Part shown: in pieces, positions 28,399 through 38,237 of the stretch
Position numbering within the stretch: position 1 is the stretch's first letter
How the letters are laid out: each line of letters begins with the position of its first letter
From: Phycisphaerae bacterium
GTDB lineage: Bacteria > Planctomycetota > Phycisphaerae > UBA1845
Assembly (NCBI GenBank): GCA_963666835.2
Contig: CAXXGO010000003.1
Location: forward strand, 640,001 to 704,000
DNA: 64,000 nt
Direction: 5' to 3'
Notes under the pieces: model-generated
What the model was told of the DNA's origin: nothing
The model's input: only the letters and a program-made list of their open reading frames with translations
Databases searched by the model: none
Made by a program: the position numbers and the translations under genes

Positions 28399-30753
28399 CT
28401 AATGGCTTCTCTGGGTAAATAGGTACGTGCGCAAATCCGCCAAACGCGATTCTCTCTCGGGGTATGCACTGCGCAGTTTCTCCATAACTTCCCCGGTAAC
28501 CTGGCGAGCGTGAAGGACGTCTTTCCGGGCGGTCAGAATGCTGCTCAAGTCGGCGAGCGCCTCGTCGATGTGGCGGTTTTCGATCCCCAACGAGTCAAGG
28601 TAGATGTCGAGCATGGTCAGGCAGTACGTCTCAGCCTCGTTGAACCGACGCTGGTCGCGCAACGTCAGGGCCAGCTGCCCATTGATCCACGCCAGGGCTA
28701 GATGTCGTTCGCCCAACACCTGACCACGGACCTCCAGGGCCTGCTCCAGATAAGACTCAGCCCGCGCCAAGTCACCGCTGTGTCGCGCAACTCGCCCCAA
28801 CTCGGCAAGAGTGCCGCCCGTATTGATGCTATCGAAACCATAAAGGTGATTCTCGATGTCAAGCGACTCCGTTAAAACCGCTACGGCGCCGCCCAAGTCG
28901 CCCTTGGAGGCGAGGATTCGCCCCAAAATGTGAAGGCCTTCAGGAAGGCACTCACCTACGTGAGAGCCGGCCGGCTCCCGCCGCAGCACTACCAGAGCTT
29001 CCCGGCAGAGCCGTTCCGCCTCGTCCAGATTCCTCGCCTCGTCATACGCTTCCAGGACATAGGCAACGTAGATCCGGGCACGGGCCGTCGAGGGGTCCCC
29101 CTCTCCCAAAAGCTCGCGCGTAATCGCCAGCGCCATCCGCGAATCGGCCTCCGCAAGCGGAATGTCACACTCGCGATGGACTCTACTGAGCTGAAGAAGA
29201 GTCTCCGCTACATCGAGATGCTTATCGCCATGCAGACCCCGCCGCTTCTTCAGCGCCATGACCAACGGCGGCTCGGCCTTGTCGTGCAACCCAAGAGACA
29301 AGAACGTGACACCTACCGTGTGGAGTACGGACGCTTGAACATCCGGCAAATGGCCCAGCTCCGTCTCGGCTCGTTCCACCGCGTCCTCGAGCATCTCTCT
29401 GATAACGCTGACGTCGCGCCCCCGCGCGATCTCGGGATCGGCGGACGTCAAGGTCCGATGGAGAAACCCACCAAACGCCTGCGCCCGCTGAGCCTCTCGA
29501 CGGGCTTGTCCCAACAGCACACCAATCACAACCACTGAGACAATCAGAACGGCAAACACGCCGGTCACCCCGCCAAGCAACGGCTTATGACGCCTGGCAA
29601 ACTTCCGCAGCTGATACATCGTGCTAGGCGGCGCCGCCAACAGCGGTTCGTCGTTGAGGTAGCGACGCAGATCATCACCGAGGGCAGCGGCAGACTGGTA
29701 TCGAAGGTTGCGATCCTTCTCCATGGCTTTACCCACGATCGCCTCGATCTCACCGCGAAGTACTCGGTCGATTGAACCGAGTCGTCGCGGCTCCCCGTCG
29801 CGGATCTTGGCCGCAGCTTCAGGAATACTCAAGTTCCGCACATCAAATGGCGGAGAACCGCTCAATAACTCATAGAGAATCACGCCCAAGGCGTAGACGT
29901 CGGAACGCGCGTCCAACTCGGCCGAGTTCCCCCCCACCTGTTCCGGACTCATATACGGCATGGTGCCGATCAGTTGCCCGATCTCGGTCTGCACGGTCGC
30001 GACCTGCAAATCAGCATTGGTGGCTCGAGCCACACCGAAATCCAGGATCTTCGTTCTCCCCGAAGCGGTAACGAGGATATTGGCCGGCTTGAGGTCGCGG
30101 TGAATCACTCCCTTCAAATGGGCGTGCTGCACCGCGTCGCAGACGTTTGCAACAAGCTCGAGTCGTTCTCTCGGACCAAGACCGGCATGCTCGGCGAAGG
30201 TGTTCAGTGGCCGGCCCTCGATCAACTCCATCGCGAAGAACGGTTGACGAACACCCGGCCCGGGCGCGACGAGCACTTCGGCCACGCCGGCCTCGTGGAT
30301 CTGCGCGATTCCCGGATGCTGGAGCTGCCCCAACACTTCAACCTCGTGTTTGAAACGTCGTAGCATGCTCCCGGTCAGCATTCCCGGGCGGATAACTTTG
30401 AGCGCCACTACCCTTCGCGGGTGATCCTGGCGCGCCTCGTAGACCACGCCCATTCCCCCCTCGGCAATGACTCGAACGATCTCGTATCGGCCAATGGATT
30501 GGGGGATATACGCCCCGCCCGTTTGGGCGGCGCTGCTTGGAGTGAGCGCCTTCAAGTTGACGTCGTATCCAAGGGCGGGCGTGCCGAGAAAGGAATCCAA
30601 GCTGCCGTCCTCTTTGAGCATCCGCCGAACCGCACTGCGTACTTCCGAATCATCCCCACATTCCTCATCGAGCAATGCGTTCCTTCGGTCTTCCGGAAAT
30701 CGGCAGGCCTTCTCAAACAGGCGTTCCACGCGTTGGAACTGCTGGGGCGTCAT
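28399..30753 (-). CDS. Hanks-type Ser/Thr protein kinase with TM helix and C-terminal TPR repeats
   Basis: GGMGVVY, VALK, IHRDLKPAN, DFG, GTMPYMSPEQ, DVYALG; TM GVTGVFAVLIVSVVVIGVLL; kinesin-light-chain-like TPRs. Confidence 0.95.
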   Translation of the reverse strand: MTPQQFQRVERLFEKACRFPEDRRNALLDEECGDDSEVRSAVRRMLKEDGSLDSFLGTPALGYDVNLKALTPSSAAQTGGAYIPQSIGRYEIVRVIAEGGMGVVYEARQDHPRRVVALKVIRPGMLTGSMLRRFKHEVEVLGQLQHPGIAQIHEAGVAEVLVAPGPGVRQPFFAMELIEGRPLNTFAEHAGLGPRERLELVANVCDAVQHAHLKGVIHRDLKPANILVTASGRTKILDFGVARATNADLQVATVQTEIGQLIGTMPYMSPEQVGGNSAELDARSDVYALGVILYELLSGSPPFDVRNLSIPEAAAKIRDGEPRRLGSIDRVLRGEIEAIVGKAMEKDRNLRYQSAAALGDDLRRYLNDEPLLAAPPSTMYQLRKFARRHKPLLGGVTGVFAVLIVSVVVIGVLLGQARREAQRAQAFGGFLHRTLTSADPEIARGRDVSVIREMLEDAVERAETELGHLPDVQASVLHTVGVTFLSLGLHDKAEPPLVMALKKRRGLHGDKHLDVAETLLQLSRVHRECDIPLAEADSRMALAITRELLGEGDPSTARARIYVAYVLEAYDEARNLDEAERLCREALVVLRREPAGSHVGECLPEGLHILGRILASKGDLGGAVAVLTESLDIENHLYGFDSINTGGTLAELGRVARHSGDLARAESYLEQALEVRGQVLGERHLALAWINGQLALTLRDQRRFNEAETYCLTMLDIYLDSLGIENRHIDEALADLSSILTARKDVLHARQVTGEVMEKLRSAYPERESRLADLRTYLFTQRSH

Positions 30754-31325
30754 GGTGCGGCGTTCTCTTCCCGCAGTTCCTTGGCGAGCCAAGCCCGCGC
30801 CGTTCGCCACCACCGCGAGGCCTCCGTACGCGAGATACCAAGTACGGCCGCCGCATCCCGCTCAGTTAATCCCCCGAAGAAGCGAAGCTCCACCAAGCGA
30901 GCTTTCCTCTCATCCAGGTCTGCCAACGTATCCAGGGCGTCCTCGAGGGCCAACAGATCTACCGGTTCGGCGGTTGCGTCATCGACTTGCTCACTCAACG
31001 TCACTCGCTCACGGTCGTTGTGCCTCTTTGCCGTCACTCTAGCTCGAGAGTGATCTACCAGAACCTGCCGCATCGCTCTGGAGGCCAGCGCAAGGAAGTG
31101 CCGTCGATCCCTGACAACCACCGCGGAGCTTGCGGCGAGCTTGGCATACGCCTCGTGAACCAGTGCCGTCGGCTGCAGCGTGTGCTCGGCGGGCTGATTG
31201 CGAAACTGGGCAGCCGCCAGCCGCCGAAGTTCCTCATAAAGTTGCGGCAAGAGCTGCCTTACGGGGGGCGCATCACTATCCACGTCGCTCAGAACATGTT
31301 CCGTTGGCACGTCGAATCCGCTCAT
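30750..31325 (-). CDS. ECF sigma factor of the kinase-associated type (Sigma70_ECF / TIGR02999-like)
   Basis: LYEELRRLA, HTLQPTALVHEAY, AMRQVLVDHSR, LVELRFFGGL, WRTARAWL; stop overlaps the kinase start (ATGA). Confidence 0.93.
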   Translation of the reverse strand: MSGFDVPTEHVLSDVDSDAPPVRQLLPQLYEELRRLAAAQFRNQPAEHTLQPTALVHEAYAKLAASSAVVVRDRRHFLALASRAMRQVLVDHSRARVTAKRHNDRERVTLSEQVDDATAEPVDLLALEDALDTLADLDERKARLVELRFFGGLTERDAAAVLGISRTEASRWWRTARAWLAKELREENAAP

Positions 31326-31573
31326 CACCAGAAGCCCGAAGGGTCGTTCTCTGATTATACCCCCCCGCCCCATGATACCGGACCGCCTTTCCCAAACGCC
31401 GAAAACGCGCCAGAACGCAATTATTATAGGACTATGCGGCGTCGGCGAGATTCGGCCGGATTTCCGGGAGCGCACCGCCTCCGTATCTCGTGTTTCTCTA
31501 GGAACAGAGACTTGTTGGGAAGGCCCAACCGTACCCGCTCGGAACCAGGGACGAATGCACAGGAGATCTGCCC

Positions 31574-33205
31574 GTGATATGCGATATTCCGATCAGATGT
31601 TGGCTCGCGACTATCTTCCTTCTGGCGGCAGCGATACCGCTGGCCGCGGAACCGCTCGGTACCGAGTTCACCTATCAAGGTCAGCTCAAAAGTGATGGGG
31701 TACCCGCAGACGGCGATTACGACTTCGTCTTCCGCCTCTTCGACGCCGAGACCGGAGGCGTGCAAATAGGCGGCGATGTCACCGTCCCCGACTGGACGGT
31801 CACCGACGGCCTGTTCACGCTACAACTCGACTTCGGCACCGGTGCGTTCGGCAGCAACGCACGGTGGCTCGAAATCGACGTACGCGAAAGCGGTAGCAGC
31901 GACGATTACGAAACACTCGCGCCGCGTCACCTGTTGACCGCGACGCCGGTGGCACAGTTCGCCCTCAACGGGCCCGGCAGCGGCGGATATTGGACGCTCA
32001 GCGGCAACAGTATCTCGAACAACAACTCCGGCTATGTCGGGATCGGCACTTTGAGTCCGAACTTCGATCTGCACGTCTACCGGGATGGGTTCACTGCCGG
32101 CCTGGTTCCTCCGGCTCGGCTCGGAGTCCAGCGGTTTCTCGGCGTCATGCCTCCGGGTGTGAGCCTCAACGACTGGTTTACCGTTGAGGTCGGCGGCGAG
32201 CTGATCGGGCCGGCTCCCGGCACGAGACTGGTCCGCGAATCAGGCACCTCGCTTAGTTTCCAAACCGAAGACACTGTCAATTCCGCCGTGCGCTCCACTC
32301 AAATGACCTTGGACGCCGAGGGAAAGCTGGGGATTGGAACTACCACCCCCATCGCCCTGGTCGAGACCATATCGGAAGCCCGCGTACATGGATTCCGCGC
32401 AACCACTGACGGCATTCCGGTGACGGGCATTCGCACTTCGACGACCGGAACCTGGCCGGCTATTCACGGCGAGAGTGCTTCGGCCGGCGACAACGCCACC
32501 GGCATACGCGGTTACATCACGAGTACGTCCCCGGGAACCGGATCAGCGGGTGTACTGGGCCACAACTACGGCACTACCATGAGCGGCTACGGAGTGAAAG
32601 GGAGCCACGCCGGCTATGGAACCGGCGTGTATGGCGTTTCCGTCGGAGGTGCCGGCGTATACGGTGAATCCACCAACACCACCGGGGTGTACGGGAAGTC
32701 CACCAACGGCCACGGGGTCTACGGCGAATCTGCCAACGGGTACGCCGGCTATTTTCCCGGAACGGTCTCCGTGAAGGTCCTGGAGATTACCGGGGCGGAC
32801 TTGGCCGAGAAGTTCCCCGTAAGCGAAGAAGTCAAGCCCGGCGTGGTCGTAGCCATCGACCCGAAACACCCGGGCCAACTCTGCCTGGCCCGAGGCGCCT
32901 ACAACCGGCGAGTAGCCGGCGTCGTCAGCGGGGCCGGCGGCATCTCCGCCGGCACGGTTCTTGGGAACATGCCCGGCTTCGAAGAAGCTCCGCCCATAGC
33001 GCTCAGCGGCCGGGTCTGGGTCTTCTGCGATGCGACGGCCGGAGCGATCGAGCCCGGCGACCTTCTTACAACTTCCGATACGCCGGGCCACGCAATGGCG
33101 GTCACTGACCACGCCTGCGCAACCGGTGCAATCCTCGGCAAAGCTATGACCGCGCTGGACGAGGGTGAGATCGACATGGTCCTGGTCCTGGTCAACCTTC
33201 AGTAG
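31574..33205 (+). CDS. Secreted phage-fibre-like protein with Gly-rich beta repeats and putative C-terminal intramolecular chaperone
   Basis: Signal peptide; FTYQGQL..DFVFRLFD N-domain; G.VGIGT motifs; GVYG.S repeats; GADLAEKF...VAGVVS...IALSGRVWV...GDLLTTS...ILGKAM. Confidence 0.7.
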   Translation: MICDIPIRCWLATIFLLAAAIPLAAEPLGTEFTYQGQLKSDGVPADGDYDFVFRLFDAETGGVQIGGDVTVPDWTVTDGLFTLQLDFGTGAFGSNARWLEIDVRESGSSDDYETLAPRHLLTATPVAQFALNGPGSGGYWTLSGNSISNNNSGYVGIGTLSPNFDLHVYRDGFTAGLVPPARLGVQRFLGVMPPGVSLNDWFTVEVGGELIGPAPGTRLVRESGTSLSFQTEDTVNSAVRSTQMTLDAEGKLGIGTTTPIALVETISEARVHGFRATTDGIPVTGIRTSTTGTWPAIHGESASAGDNATGIRGYITSTSPGTGSAGVLGHNYGTTMSGYGVKGSHAGYGTGVYGVSVGGAGVYGESTNTTGVYGKSTNGHGVYGESANGYAGYFPGTVSVKVLEITGADLAEKFPVSEEVKPGVVVAIDPKHPGQLCLARGAYNRRVAGVVSGAGGISAGTVLGNMPGFEEAPPIALSGRVWVFCDATAGAIEPGDLLTTSDTPGHAMAVTDHACATGAILGKAMTALDEGEIDMVLVLVNLQ

Positions 33206-33235
33206 GAGGCGTCCGGCTCTTTGGAGGATATCGCT

Positions 33236-34867
33236 ATGAACACCAGCAGAATACGCCGCCCGGCCCTTCTCCTGCTTGCAGCCGGAACAATGCTGATGTC
33301 GACTCCGGTCGCGGTTGGGGAGCAACAGTCATCAGAGAAGATCGTCTACGAAGCCTATGCCGAGACCGTGCCACTCGATCCGGACACGGTCGCCCCACCT
33401 GCCATCGTGCCCTCGAGCTCTCAGTTCGCGGATGCATTTCAGGAGGGGATCAACATCTATGAACTAAGCGCGGTGACGCCCGAACGCATCACCGAAGCCG
33501 ATCTTTCGGCAAGGCAGAGGTTCGGGAACATCCACCCGGGTCCGCGCCGGGTGGGCATCGTTCGCAAGATCGAGCCGGTACCACTCAGCGGGGAATCTTC
33601 CTTGCCGACGAAACTCGAGAATGGGAAATCGGTTTGGACGCAGGCGATCCGATCACCGGGGGCACTGGGAATCCGGCTGCACTTCGCCAACTTCGATGTC
33701 GGCACCGGATCGTTGCTCGTCTACGCCCGCACAACAGGCGGATTGGTCACGCTAGACCCGTTTTCCGAACAGGGGCCCCAACGGAAACGTGACTTTTGGA
33801 CGGCATCCCTACCCGGCGATACGGTGTTCATCGAGGTAATGGGCGCCAATGAACCACGGTTCGAAATTGCCGAGATAGTTCACTTCGACCGCGATCCCAC
33901 CGGCTTTCAGGAAGACCGGACTGAGGACAATGAGGCCGTCCTCAATTGCCACCTCGACGTCATGTGCTACGGAGAGCCGCCGGTCGACGCCACGGCGCGC
34001 AAGGCCACGGGGAAGATGAACTTCGCCAGCGGCGGCGAATCGTACGTATGCACCGGGACGCTATTGAGCGATCACGACAGCGAGACGCGCGTGCCGCACT
34101 TCCTGACCGCCGCCCACTGTGTCTCGACTCAGGCCGAAGTCGATACACTGATGGTGACTTGGCTCTGGCAGAAGGACTCCTGCAACGGCACGCTTCCGGA
34201 TCCGGCGACGCTGCCCACCAACGTCGGCGGCACGCTGCTAACAACGACCGACGAAAACGACATGACGTTCATCCGTCTCGCGGGAGATCTGCCGCCCGGC
34301 ACCGGGCTGGCCGGGTGGACCACCGAAACCGGTCTCGACGAAGCGGTTGGGATTCACCATCCCGGGGGCTCGTGGAAACGTGTCGTGTTCCTGAGCGGCG
34401 TCGGGGCTTGTCCGGGTTGTCTCTGCAAGGACCCAACCGACTTCGATTACTACGACATGGACGATGGACTGGTCGAGGGTGGCGCCAGCGGCTCAGGTGT
34501 TTTCAACTACAGTGGGCAGTTGGCCGGACAACTGTATGGGCGATGTTCGGATACTTCCGACCCCGACGACATGACGTGCAGTAACATCGACAGCTACTGG
34601 GCCGTATATGGCGAGTTCGAGGAGACCCATCCCCTGATCAGCTACTGGCTCAATATCGGCGGGACCATGCACGTGGACCGAAACAACACGACCCCACCTT
34701 GGATCGGTTCCCCGGCCCACCCATTCTTCACGGTTTCGCAGGCGAACAATGCCGCCTGGGATTCCCTGCGGATCAAGATCCACGCGGGTGATTACCCCGA
34801 AACGCTACGGATTGACAAGAATCTGACACTGATAGCCAGCGGCGGCACGGTGCGAATCGGTCAGTGA
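33236..34867 (+). CDS. Secreted trypsin-like serine protease (lysyl endopeptidase-like)
   Basis: CTGTLL, FLTAAHC (His), DMTFIRL (Asp), GIHHPGG, EGGASGSG (Ser), GQLYG; prodomain IRSPGALGIRLHF. Confidence 0.88.
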   Translation: MNTSRIRRPALLLLAAGTMLMSTPVAVGEQQSSEKIVYEAYAETVPLDPDTVAPPAIVPSSSQFADAFQEGINIYELSAVTPERITEADLSARQRFGNIHPGPRRVGIVRKIEPVPLSGESSLPTKLENGKSVWTQAIRSPGALGIRLHFANFDVGTGSLLVYARTTGGLVTLDPFSEQGPQRKRDFWTASLPGDTVFIEVMGANEPRFEIAEIVHFDRDPTGFQEDRTEDNEAVLNCHLDVMCYGEPPVDATARKATGKMNFASGGESYVCTGTLLSDHDSETRVPHFLTAAHCVSTQAEVDTLMVTWLWQKDSCNGTLPDPATLPTNVGGTLLTTTDENDMTFIRLAGDLPPGTGLAGWTTETGLDEAVGIHHPGGSWKRVVFLSGVGACPGCLCKDPTDFDYYDMDDGLVEGGASGSGVFNYSGQLAGQLYGRCSDTSDPDDMTCSNIDSYWAVYGEFEETHPLISYWLNIGGTMHVDRNNTTPPWIGSPAHPFFTVSQANNAAWDSLRIKIHAGDYPETLRIDKNLTLIASGGTVRIGQ

Positions 34868-34928
34868 GACTGACGTACGGCCGCGTCGGCTTCGTCGACG
34901 CGGCAGCGTACGGAAGGAGTTTAAGAGA

Positions 34929-35336
34929 ATGCGCAAAACGAACAACGCTATCCGGCTTGGGCTGCCGCTTCTGCTGGGGGCGGTGGCATCCGCTGACAAC
35001 TTCGAACTCTCCTGGTATTCCGTCGACGGCGGAGGCGAGATGTTCACCACCGGCGGCAAGTACGAGCTGAGCGGCACGATCGGGCAGCCGGACTCTGAGC
35101 TACTGCGCGGCGTTCAGTTCGAGCTAGCAGGTGGCTTCTGGTTTCCCATCCTGCCGGGCGACTGCAACACTGACGTCGGCGTTGACTTGTTTGACTACCG
35201 CGATTCTGAACCATGCCTGTCGGGTCCGGGCGGAGGATTGCCGTTCGCCGACTGCAACTGTTTCGATCTCGACGGGGACGGCGACGTCGACCTATCCGAC
35301 GTAGCCGGTTTCCAGATGAAGTTCACCGGCGGTTAG
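34929..35336 (+). CDS. Small secreted protein: SWxxxDGGG/GTIGQPD/GGFW domain plus dockerin-like module
   Basis: FELSWYSVDGGG...LSGTIGQPD...LAGGFW; GDCNTDVGVDLFD...DLDGDGDVDLSDVAGFQMKFTG. Confidence 0.75.
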   Translation: MRKTNNAIRLGLPLLLGAVASADNFELSWYSVDGGGEMFTTGGKYELSGTIGQPDSELLRGVQFELAGGFWFPILPGDCNTDVGVDLFDYRDSEPCLSGPGGGLPFADCNCFDLDGDGDVDLSDVAGFQMKFTGG

Positions 35337-35440
35337 CGCCTCGTTGTTCCACACATCTTTGCCGGGCGTGCCGAGCGTATTCGTCCCACTCCGCGGCGGC
35401 CCAATCCGCAGCCTGACAAGCTGCGAACCAGCTTCTTCTT

Positions 35441-35748
35441 CAGGCTGAAAGCCTGCAAGATAGTAGACGGGGGCAAGGTCGCGCAGCGGCCGCCGCCCCC
35501 GGGTGGGGTCCCAACAACCCCAATCACCCTGACAAGGGTGAAAGAGACGGCGTCGATGAACCACGCGTCTGTTCCGGCTGCCCGGCCTCTTTGAGAATGC
35601 GTCGATAGGAATGACGGCCTCGCGAAACACACTAGCTGAGGGCATTTGACCCTTTGCAGGGTCAGCCTGGTTGTGGGGAGCGGGTCCGGGGGCGGCGTCC
35701 GCCGATGGCGGACTTGCCCCCGTCTACTTCATCTGAGCCCTTCGGGCT
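35441..35748. repeat. Inverted doublet of ~100-bp REP-like palindromic elements (REPIN/MITE-like)
   Basis: agtagacgggggcaag (35462-35477) is the exact reverse complement of 35713-35728; cgccgcccccgg (35491-35502) of 35686-35697; each unit is bounded by small hairpins. Confidence 0.75.
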
Positions 35749-36084
35749 GGGAGAAGCGTGATCGAAAGGCCGACGCCTGCAGTTGTTGGATGCGTCGAAT
35801 GATGTGTAGAACAACGAGAGCCCGCGCCCGGCGAGTCGAGCGAGCGCCAGCGACACTGACATCTACCCTTACCAGCATTTCGCCCTTGTTCCTCGCGTAG
35901 CGCGCGCTGAACGGAACCGCTCACGAGGTACGGTTACTCGCGTCGGACCTCAAGTCCGTCGTAGCCGGACGACAGCGATCGGAATCATCGGCCCCAGCTA
36001 TTGCCGACCTTGCTTCTGCCCACAAGCCGTAGTATAAGGCCGCCGGAGGGCAGGGGTTCACACGATACCAATCTTGGAGGGGTG

Positions 36085-38130
36085 ATGATGTTCTGTAATC
36101 GGTTTACGCTCATTGTCGGGATTGCGCTGGCCGCGGTTCCAGTCGCGGCGCAGACGGTCTTGTTCGTGGACGATGACGCTCCGGCAGGCGGCGATGGAAC
36201 GAGCTGGACAAGCGCGCACCGGCACCTGCAGAACGCTTTGACGGCTGCCGCGTCGATTCCCGGATCAACGAGCATCCGCGTCGCCGAGGGAGTCTACAAG
36301 CCGGATCAGGGAGGGTCCGCAACCATCGGTGATCGCACGGCCTCCTTCGTTATGCTGAATTCCGTGTCACTGCTGGGCGGGTACGCCGGGCTGTCTAATC
36401 CAACCGCTCCCGATACGCGAGACGTCGCGCTGCACACGACCATTCTCAGCGGCGACCTTGCGGGTGACGATGCGGCGTCATTCTCGGGCTACGATGAGAA
36501 CAGCTACCACATCGTCTGGAGTGACGGCAACGACGACACCGCCGTTCTCGAAGGATTCACTCTGATGAGCGGCAACGGCAATGGCGATTTCCCGGACGAC
36601 GCCGGCGGGGCAATGTACGTGCAATACGGCACCCCCAAAGTCACCCAATGCGTATTCACGCGGAACATGGCCGTGTATGGTGGCGCGGTCTACATGGACT
36701 CTGGCAGTCCGATCTTGCAGGAGTGCAGTTTCATCGATAATGGAACGGTCTTCAGCGGCGGCGCCATGTACGCCATATCAGAGAGCCACCCGGAGATGAC
36801 CGACTGTTGCTTCATTGCGAATCGCACCGGCATTACCGGCGAGGGTTCGAGCGGCGGCGCGATGGTAAACGGCTATGACAGCGACCCGCAGCTTACCGAA
36901 TGCCGGTTCGAAGACAACTCCGCGGTTTCCGGTGGTGCGATGCTCAACTACGAAGGCGCCAGTCCTGATCTGACGCAATGTACGTTTGAACGCAACTCAG
37001 GAGGCAACGGCGGGGCCATCTACAACTACCTCAACGCTGATTCTACGTTGACGGACTGTATGTTCTACCGAAACGTGGCGACAGACAACGGGACGATCGT
37101 CTCCTGGGAGAGCATACCGGCACTGACCAATTGCCGTTTCATAGGAAACCGAGCCACTAGTGGCGCGGGCCTATACAACTACTTGAATAGCAACGCCGTG
37201 CTGAAGCACTGTTTGTTCGCACGAAACAGCGCGACAAGTTCAGGTGGTGCCATATACAACAACCAAAGCGCACCTTCGCTGTTCAATTGCGAACTGGCGG
37301 AGAACCAGGCGTCTTACGGTGCGGCAATCCGTAACTACGACGGCTCTGCCGCAACCCTGGCAAGCTGCACGGTAAGCGCAAATGTCGCGACATACTACGG
37401 TGGCGGCCTCAACAACTCGACAAGTCAACCCATTGTCATCGATAGCATTCTCTGGGCGAACATGGACAACGGCGGTGCGAACACCGACGAGAACGCCCAG
37501 GTGTACGGCGAGGTCGGCTCGGTCACGTTCAGTTGCATCCAAGACAACGATCCCGACGACAGCGATATCCCGTTCGGCGGAGCCGCCAATGGCAACATCG
37601 ACGACGACCCGCTGTTTCTGGCCGGGCCGAACGGCGCGCACTATCTGGGCCAAACTCCGGGCCAAACCCAGGACAGCCCGTGCGTCAACACGGGAAGCGA
37701 CACCTCGGAGGCACTCGATCTTGACTCGTTCACAACGAGCAGGAGTGAGGCGGCGGATTCTGGTCAAGTGGATATGGGCTGTCACCACGTGGTCAGAGGC
37801 GACCCGTTCATTTGCGGCGATTTCGATTTGGACGGCGACGTGGATATGGCTGACGTTGCGGGCTTTGTGTGTTGCCTTACTACGTCGTGCGACGCTCCCC
37901 CATGCCGGCCGAGTCTGTACACGAGAGCATCATGCAACGTCGCCGATTTCGACGACGACGGAGACGTCGACCTGGAGGACTTCAACGCAGTGCAGGGCGT
38001 CCTGATCGGACCGACGGCCTCTTCACGCGGCGCGGAAGCGTCAAAGCCGGCAACATCTTCCACTGACAAGCCGGCTTCGCGTACCGGCCCGTCTTGGCCG
38101 GCGCCCCGGAAACCTGCTGCGGTTCGGTAG
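36085..38130 (+). CDS. Secreted right-handed beta-helix (pectin-lyase-like) repeat protein with dockerin-like C-terminus
   Basis: LFVDDDAPAGGDGTSW, IRVAEGVYKP, repeated F..N....GGA(M/I); GDFDLDGDVDMAD...DFDDDGDVDLEDF. Confidence 0.85.
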   Translation: MMFCNRFTLIVGIALAAVPVAAQTVLFVDDDAPAGGDGTSWTSAHRHLQNALTAAASIPGSTSIRVAEGVYKPDQGGSATIGDRTASFVMLNSVSLLGGYAGLSNPTAPDTRDVALHTTILSGDLAGDDAASFSGYDENSYHIVWSDGNDDTAVLEGFTLMSGNGNGDFPDDAGGAMYVQYGTPKVTQCVFTRNMAVYGGAVYMDSGSPILQECSFIDNGTVFSGGAMYAISESHPEMTDCCFIANRTGITGEGSSGGAMVNGYDSDPQLTECRFEDNSAVSGGAMLNYEGASPDLTQCTFERNSGGNGGAIYNYLNADSTLTDCMFYRNVATDNGTIVSWESIPALTNCRFIGNRATSGAGLYNYLNSNAVLKHCLFARNSATSSGGAIYNNQSAPSLFNCELAENQASYGAAIRNYDGSAATLASCTVSANVATYYGGGLNNSTSQPIVIDSILWANMDNGGANTDENAQVYGEVGSVTFSCIQDNDPDDSDIPFGGAANGNIDDDPLFLAGPNGAHYLGQTPGQTQDSPCVNTGSDTSEALDLDSFTTSRSEAADSGQVDMGCHHVVRGDPFICGDFDLDGDVDMADVAGFVCCLTTSCDAPPCRPSLYTRASCNVADFDDDGDVDLEDFNAVQGVLIGPTASSRGAEASKPATSSTDKPASRTGPSWPAPRKPAAVR

Positions 38131-38237
38131 TTGCGAATACGGAGTCTGCGGAGTGCGCCAACGCGATCATCCGGGGCAACTCCGCCCGGAGAGCCAACCC
38201 TAAGGAACAGAAGGACTCAAACCGGAGGTGGCAGACT

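Noticed and set aside
31574..33205. Prophage or contractile injection system
   Set aside because: Only one fibre-like gene, which has a signal peptide; no capsid, tube, sheath, baseplate or integrase genes.
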